From Terriglobales bacterium (GTDB lineage Bacteria > Acidobacteriota > Terriglobia > Terriglobales > Acidobacteriaceae), in assembly GCA_035519435.1 (NCBI GenBank), contig DATIWL010000082.1:5692-69691 (forward strand): a stretch of DNA of 64,000 nt. Direction: 5' to 3'. The position numbers and the translations under genes are program-made. The notes below the pieces were generated by a model, which had not been told where the DNA came from, made no database searches, and saw only the letters and a list, made by a program, of their open reading frames with translations. Positions 58,655-64,000 of this stretch are shown piece by piece; position 1 is the first letter of the stretch, and each line of letters starts with the position of its first letter.

Positions 58655-59464
58655 ATGACGCAATCGCAAGACACCGTCGTACGCATCCATGCCGCGCTCG
58701 AAGCCGCGCGTGCGGTGCTGAAGACATTTACTCCGGGCGCGATCGAAGCGGAGTACAAGGCCGGCCACGATCCTGTGACGGAAGCCGATCGCGCGGTCGA
58801 TCGCGTGCTTCGCGAAAATCTCTTGCGCGAGGGCGAAGGCTGGCTTTCGGAAGAAAGCGTCGATAATCTTTCCCGGCTGGAGAAACGACGGGTATGGGTA
58901 GTCGATCCACTCGACGGCACCCGTGAATTCGTGCAAGGCATCCCTGAGTTCTGCGTTTCCATCGCCATGGTCGAAGACGGGATTCCTGTCGCGGGCGGAA
59001 TCTGCAATCCCGCGACGGACGAATTGATTCTCGGTTCGCGCGAGACCGGGGTGACCTACAACGGCCAACCGGCTCATCCCAGCCAGCGCAAGGGCCTGCA
59101 TGGAGCCCTTGTCCTCGCCAGCCGCAGCGAAGTCAAGCGAGGCGAGTGGAAGCAGTTCGAGTCTGCCGAGTTCAATATTCGGCCGATGGGCTCTGTCGCT
59201 TACAAATTGGGCCTGGTGGCGGCTGGCAAGGCTGATCTCACATTCACGCTCGTGCCGAAAAACGAGTGGGACGTCGCGGCTGGCGCGGCGCTGGTCGAAA
59301 GCGCCGGAGGTTTCATCCTCACCCTCAACAACTCGCCCCTGCGCTGCAACCAGAAGGATCCATTGCTATCCGGACTCCTGGGCGGAGGGCCATTTCTGCG
59401 CGCGCCATTGCTGGCGCTGCTCGACCGCCACGCGCAGACTGTGGGAGACGACAAATCGCGCTGA
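58655..59464 (+). CDS. cysQ: 3'(2'),5'-bisphosphate nucleotidase (CysQ-like, inositol monophosphatase fold)
   Basis: WLSEES, WVVDPLDGTREF, WDVAAGAALVESAGG motifs. Context is next to PAPS synthase. Confidence 0.75.
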   Translation: MTQSQDTVVRIHAALEAARAVLKTFTPGAIEAEYKAGHDPVTEADRAVDRVLRENLLREGEGWLSEESVDNLSRLEKRRVWVVDPLDGTREFVQGIPEFCVSIAMVEDGIPVAGGICNPATDELILGSRETGVTYNGQPAHPSQRKGLHGALVLASRSEVKRGEWKQFESAEFNIRPMGSVAYKLGLVAAGKADLTFTLVPKNEWDVAAGAALVESAGGFILTLNNSPLRCNQKDPLLSGLLGGGPFLRAPLLALLDRHAQTVGDDKSR

Positions 59465-59534
59465 ATCATCTGCGACCGGCCAGGAACTACAATACTCGTC
59501 TGTATTGTTCCGGAAGCTCCCAGATACCAATCCG

Positions 59535-60320
59535 ATGGCTGCCTCTCGCATCGTCTACCTGATGTACCACGAGTTGGAACTCGAGGGCCGGAAGTTGGTC
59601 CAGTCCGAACCCGGCTACGTGCGTTACATTCTGCCGCTCGGCGTTTTCCGACGGCAAATGGAAGTGATGAGAGATGCGGGTTTCCGGGGTTTAAGCGTCG
59701 GCGAGGCGATTCACGATCCCCACGAACGAAGTGTCTGCATCACCTTCGACGACGGCTGCGAGACGGATCTGATTGCCGCCGCTCCCGTGCTGCAGGATCT
59801 CGGCTTTCGGGCAACCTTCTTTCTCACGGCGGGGTTTCTCGATACCCCGGGCTACTTACGTTCAGCCCAGGTCCGCGACTTGGACGCCCGCGGCTTTGAG
59901 GTTGGATGTCACTCGATGACGCATCCCTACCTCACCGATCTCTCGGACGCCGAACTCCGGCGTGAGGTCGTCGATGCCAAGCATCGTATTGAACAAATCG
60001 TGGGCCACACGATCGAGCATTTCTCCTGCCCGGGCGGACGCTACGATTCCCGCACCCTGGAGGTCGCCCGGCGCGCCGGATTCCACACGGTAGCTAACAG
60101 CGAGTTTCATGCCAACTCTTCCACCGCCAGCCCCTACCGACTTGGCCGCGTGGCGATTCTCCGGGACATGACAGAGGAGGAATTCGTGGACATTTGCGGC
60201 GGTCAGGGCCTGTGGAAAAGACGGTTGCAGGATCAAGTCCGTCGCGGCGTGCGGCAGTTCCTCGGGAATCGGGCCTACGAGCGCATACGCTCCTCTCTTC
60301 TCCGCGAGCGCCAGACATAG
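59535..60320 (+). CDS. Polysaccharide deacetylase (NodB homology) family protein
   Basis: ITFDDGCETD, GCHSMTHPYL and FSCPGG motifs. ATG 59535 preferred; the longer ORF from 59100 overlaps cysQ. Confidence 0.85.
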   Translation: MAASRIVYLMYHELELEGRKLVQSEPGYVRYILPLGVFRRQMEVMRDAGFRGLSVGEAIHDPHERSVCITFDDGCETDLIAAAPVLQDLGFRATFFLTAGFLDTPGYLRSAQVRDLDARGFEVGCHSMTHPYLTDLSDAELRREVVDAKHRIEQIVGHTIEHFSCPGGRYDSRTLEVARRAGFHTVANSEFHANSSTASPYRLGRVAILRDMTEEEFVDICGGQGLWKRRLQDQVRRGVRQFLGNRAYERIRSSLLRERQT

Positions 60321-60621
60321 GCGCTGCCCAAGCCTGTTACCATCGGCGCCTCACAGCGCTCTCTGGCTCTTCAACTCGTTCATATTGCACAAAGGGTGCG
60401 AATCGAGAGAGTAACCCCTCTGCACTAGTTACTGAACCTATCCTGGCCGAACGCCACAGTCATGCGCGAATCCGCGCTTCGCGCGGTGTCCGCCACGGCA
60501 TGTACGGGTGCGTTGTACCCGACATGCCCTGTCGGCATCTGGGCCCCTTTACGCCATCCCGGTAGATTCGATGCTGAGGACTCGAGCTACCAGTCCCCCA
60601 CTTCGTAAACGAGGGCTCGTG

Positions 60622-63285
60622 ATGTCCAAAACAAGATGGGTATTATCCCGGGGAAGAATTCCGCGGGCTACATTCATAGAACACTTGCTGCATGTCCTTG
60701 CCGGCACGCTCGTGCTCGCTGCGGCGCTGCTGACCACGTCTTGCGGTTTGATGGCGAACAACTCCAGCCAAGATACCGCTGAGGCCCTGACATTATCGGG
60801 GACTCTCCCGAACGGCGTCACCCACCAGGAATATAGCGCGGTGCTGACGGTGAGCGGCGGGAGTGCTCCGTATCAGTTTTCCGTCCTGTCAGGAAGCCTG
60901 CCTCCAGGTATGAGCCTGAATCCGGCCACTGGCTCCCTCTCCGGGACGCCGACGGCCGCCGGCGCATACGTCTTCGAAATCGCAGTCACTGACTTGCCGG
61001 CCCCGCATCGGGGGAGCAAGAGTTTCAGTGTCTCGGTCAAATCCGGCGATTCTGGAAGCGGCGTCCACGTCACAGTGTCGCCTTCGACCCTCAACATCGT
61101 CTCCGGTGAAAGTTACTCATTTACCGCCACGGTAAAAGGAACCGACAACCCAGGTGTGACCTGGGCGGCCTCCGCGGGCTCCATCACTTCAGCAGGCGTT
61201 TACACCGCTCCATCGGTGAGTACGGCAACCAACGCCACGATTACCGCTACGAGCAAGGCCGACTCCAAGCAAGAGGGCGTCGCGATGGTCGTCATCGAAC
61301 CGGCGCACGGCTCGGCACTGACTATCACCAGTAGCGGCCTGCCAGATGGCCGAACCGGAGCTGCGTACGATGCAGCGTTCACGGCGACGGGGGGTACCTC
61401 GCCCTACATTTGGAGCGTGTCCGCCGGCCTGCCTCCGGGCTTGAGCCTTGCGGCGAGCACCGGTGAATTGGCGGGAATGCCGAGCGCCGTCGGCACGTAC
61501 GGCTTCACGGTAAAGGTCACCGATGCCAAGGCGCAGTCGGTGCAAAAGGCATTTTCGGTGAATGTTGCGGCGAGCGGCAATGTTGATGGCCCGGCTGAAC
61601 TGCCACGCGTGACCGTATCCAGCACCATGGCCGACACACTCGCTCCCGGTCGCGTGATCCCCGTGAGTGCGGGCGGCGATCTTCAGGCTGCTCTGAACAG
61701 CGCCAAGTGCGGAGACATTGTGGAACTCCAGGCCGGCGCTACGTTCAGCGGAACGTTTACGCTGCCGGGTAAGAGCTGCGACAGCAATCACTGGATCATC
61801 GTACGTAGCAGCGGCTTCGAGAGTGTCCTATCGGAAGGAAGCCGCGCCAATCCATGCTTTGCCGGAATTCGATCGCTGCCCGGGCGTCCTGCCTACAGTT
61901 GCTCGAACCCGCAGAAAGCCATGGCGCGCCTAGAATATTCGAAGACGGCAAACGGACCCATCATCCTGGGCAGCGGCGCCAATTACTACCGCCTGGTTGG
62001 ACTCGAGATTACCAAGACCGACGGGGTTAGAAGCGCTCCTACGCTGATCTCCGTGACACCGGGCGGGCTGGCCGACCATATCGTAATTGACCGTTCCTGG
62101 CTGCACGGTAATACGCATGACGAAACGCAGGCTGGTGTCTCGCTGAATCGGATCAATTATGCCGCCGTCATCGATTCATACTTCAGCGACTTCCATTGCA
62201 TCTCGGGCACGGGGATGTGCACGGACGCGCACGCCGTGGCCGGCGGCCTCGGCAACCACCAGGATGGTCCCTGGAAGATCGAGAACAATTTCCTGGAGGC
62301 TTCCGGTGAAGCCATCCTGTTCGGTGGAGGCGCGGCGACGGTTACGCCCGCCGACATCGAGATCCGTCGCAATCACTTCTTCAAGCCATGGCAATGGATG
62401 CCGGGAAGCGCGGGGTTCGTTGGATCCGCCGACGGGCACCCATTCATCGTCAAGAACCACGTCGAACTCAAGAACGCGATGCGGGTGCTGATCGAAGCCA
62501 ACATCCTGGAAAACACCTGGGGAGGCTTTACGCAAGCGGGGTATGCTCTTCTACTGTGCCCCAAGAACCAGCACACTCGAGGCAACGGAAATGTCTGTCC
62601 GCTGTGCCAGGTGCTGGATGTGACGGTGCGCTACACGCGCATCATGCACTCGGGCGGCGGGATCGCGATGTCCACGGCGATCTCCGGGTCCCACGGGAAT
62701 GGAAGCTACGCTCTGGCGGGTGGGCGTTTCAGTATCCACGATGTTGTCATCGATGATGTCAACCGCAAGTACGTGGGGCCTGGAACCTTGCTCCAGATTT
62801 CCAATCACTGGCCGAAGAATCCGCTCAACACGATCACGATTAATCACATCACCGCGTTTCCGGCCGAGGACAGCCATCTGATAAGCATGGGAGATATCAA
62901 CTCCGCTCCCCCGATGTACGGCTTCGTTTTCACGAACAACATTGTAATGACGGGGGCATACCCGGTGTGGAACATGGGTGGCGGAGACACATCCTGCGCT
63001 TACGGCCGTACGCCGGTTGAAAAGATCTCGAGTTGTTTTAAGACCTATCAATTCAGCAACAATGCCCTGGTCGCCGCTCCGGCAGCTACTCCGCCATCGG
63101 CCTGGCCGTCCGGGAACTTCTTCCCGACCACAGCGGATGCCGTGGACTTTACCCAATACAAGCCAGGTGGAGGCGGCAACTACCAGTTGCAGTCGAAGAG
63201 TCCTTTTAAGGGCGCGGGCACCGACGGTCGTGATCTGGGGGCGGATATCGCCGGATTGCAGGCCGCGATAGCAGGTGTCGAATAG
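60622..63285 (+). CDS. Secreted lipoprotein with Ig-like repeats and right-handed beta-helix domain
   Basis: Lipobox LLTTSCG. Two putative-Ig repeats (LPPGMSLNPATGSLSGTPTAAGAYVFEIAVTD and LPPGLSLAASTGELAGMPSAVGTYGFTVKVTD). One Big_2-like repeat. The C-terminal ~550 aa resemble a pectate-lyase-fold beta-helix (CGDIVELQAGATFSG, IVIDRSWLHGN, IENNFLE). Confidence 0.7.
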   Translation: MSKTRWVLSRGRIPRATFIEHLLHVLAGTLVLAAALLTTSCGLMANNSSQDTAEALTLSGTLPNGVTHQEYSAVLTVSGGSAPYQFSVLSGSLPPGMSLNPATGSLSGTPTAAGAYVFEIAVTDLPAPHRGSKSFSVSVKSGDSGSGVHVTVSPSTLNIVSGESYSFTATVKGTDNPGVTWAASAGSITSAGVYTAPSVSTATNATITATSKADSKQEGVAMVVIEPAHGSALTITSSGLPDGRTGAAYDAAFTATGGTSPYIWSVSAGLPPGLSLAASTGELAGMPSAVGTYGFTVKVTDAKAQSVQKAFSVNVAASGNVDGPAELPRVTVSSTMADTLAPGRVIPVSAGGDLQAALNSAKCGDIVELQAGATFSGTFTLPGKSCDSNHWIIVRSSGFESVLSEGSRANPCFAGIRSLPGRPAYSCSNPQKAMARLEYSKTANGPIILGSGANYYRLVGLEITKTDGVRSAPTLISVTPGGLADHIVIDRSWLHGNTHDETQAGVSLNRINYAAVIDSYFSDFHCISGTGMCTDAHAVAGGLGNHQDGPWKIENNFLEASGEAILFGGGAATVTPADIEIRRNHFFKPWQWMPGSAGFVGSADGHPFIVKNHVELKNAMRVLIEANILENTWGGFTQAGYALLLCPKNQHTRGNGNVCPLCQVLDVTVRYTRIMHSGGGIAMSTAISGSHGNGSYALAGGRFSIHDVVIDDVNRKYVGPGTLLQISNHWPKNPLNTITINHITAFPAEDSHLISMGDINSAPPMYGFVFTNNIVMTGAYPVWNMGGGDTSCAYGRTPVEKISSCFKTYQFSNNALVAAPAATPPSAWPSGNFFPTTADAVDFTQYKPGGGGNYQLQSKSPFKGAGTDGRDLGADIAGLQAAIAGVE

Positions 63286-63304
63286 AGAAACTCGGACTTC
63301 GCCG

Positions 63305-63341
63305 GGGTCTGCGGTCAATGCCGCAGACCCTTTCTTTTTTT
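63305..63341 (+). terminator. Rho-independent terminator
   Basis: GGGTCTGCGG (63305-63314), loop TCAATG, CCGCAGACCC (63321-63330), then TTTCTTTTTTT. Confidence 0.8.
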
Positions 63342-63532
63342 GGACCCGAGAGCAAGGACGCGAAAAAAAACAGCAGGCCGATCCCGCCGAGTCGATTTCA
63401 GGCCGTGGCACCGCATGACAGGCAGCCAGGCACGCGGAAATCGCGTGATATCATTTTCATAACTCCGCAGCGTCTGACCCAGCGTTCCTCCCGCAGATAC
63501 GAGGCGGGGTAGCCTGCAAGGAGAATCCCGCC

Positions 63533-64000
63533 ATGACCCCGCGCCTCCCTAGCCGTACTCATTCCAGCCTTCCACTTGCCTGTTGGCTGCCGGTTCTATT
63601 CCTCCTGTTAGGCACCGCGATGCTTGCCGCGGAGACTCCACCTACATCCGAGAACGCATATTGCGGTAAAGGCGACGTGCCGCAGTTTGGCAGCAAAGAC
63701 GGTCCGGCGGAACTTCCGAAAACCTGCTACTACACTGGACTCGACGGCACGCCCTCGCCGGGCAGACAAATTCGCGTGCTCGCCAAGGCGGACCTGGCTT
63801 CCGCCGTGGACGAAGCGAAGTGCGGAGACACGCTGCTTCTGCCTGCCGGCGCGTCATTTGAGATCCGTGAATTGCCGGCGAAGAAGTGTGACGAGCGGCA
63901 CTACATCACAGTAAGAACTGATACTCCGGATTCGAAGCTTCCACCCGAGGGATCGCGCATTTCTCCCGCGTGGGCGGGTGTTGCCAGCCTGCCCGGACGT
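63533..64000 (+). CDS. Secreted beta-helix protein, paralogue of the 60622-63285 C-terminal domain (5' part only)
   Basis: Open frame from ATG 63533 to the window end, absent from the ORF track. It has a signal peptide (LPVLFLLLGTAMLAAE). DGPAELPKTCYYTG..AKCGDTLLLPAGASFE..CDERHYITVRTD..ASLPGR parallels GPAELPRVTV..AKCGDIVELQAGATFSG..CDSNHWIIVRSS..RSLPGR in the upstream gene. Confidence 0.65.
   Translation, partial: MTPRLPSRTHSSLPLACWLPVLFLLLGTAMLAAETPPTSENAYCGKGDVPQFGSKDGPAELPKTCYYTGLDGTPSPGRQIRVLAKADLASAVDEAKCGDTLLLPAGASFEIRELPAKKCDERHYITVRTDTPDSKLPPEGSRISPAWAGVASLPGR

Overview
GC-rich bacterial chromosomal window. By gene content it looks like Acidobacteriota/Terriglobia (inference from TPR-fused Ser/Thr kinase, CarboxypepD_reg-type TonB receptor and sparse Shine-Dalgarno sites; not verified by search). 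It is densely coding on both strands.

The left half (1-34 kb) is mostly housekeeping:
- a Ser/Thr kinase that runs off the left edge and is missing from the ORF track
- dnaX-ybaB-recR, a CHAD/HD protein, c-type cytochromes
- lon, preceded by an HspR-type HAIR operator
- pheA, a GNAT, and a desaturase followed by an intramembrane-type histidine kinase and an OmpR-type regulator
- a TonB-dependent receptor and an S41 protease
- a partial Tad module (prepilin peptidase, 2x TadE, TadG) facing an AMIN/STN protein
- an AmmeMemoRadiSam system whose parts carry export signals
- a membrane-fused spermidine-synthase-like protein and tRNA-Ala(CGC)

The right half (34-64 kb) is dominated by a candidate sulfated-glycan system in two modules.
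- Module 1 (38.8-47.8 kb): Wzx-like flippase, three tandem paralogous PAPS-type sulfotransferases, a GT2, a eukaryote-type UDP-galactopyranose mutase, a deacetylase and a methyltransferase.
- Module 2 (53-64 kb): a fourth sulfotransferase, a CapK/PaaK-like adenylating enzyme, fused ATP sulfurylase/APS kinase, a TauE-family permease, a CysQ-like PAP phosphatase, a second deacetylase and two paralogous beta-helix exoproteins.
- A housekeeping block (ribA, DUF2520, NUDIX, csp, polX) separates the two modules.

The most unusual non-coding signal is a family of stop-codon-proximal intergenic elements built from 4-6 in-phase 7-nt units. They are often arranged as long inverted repeats around a GC-rich loop. 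The 7-nt word differs from locus to locus.

No CRISPR arrays, rRNA, transposases or integrases were seen.
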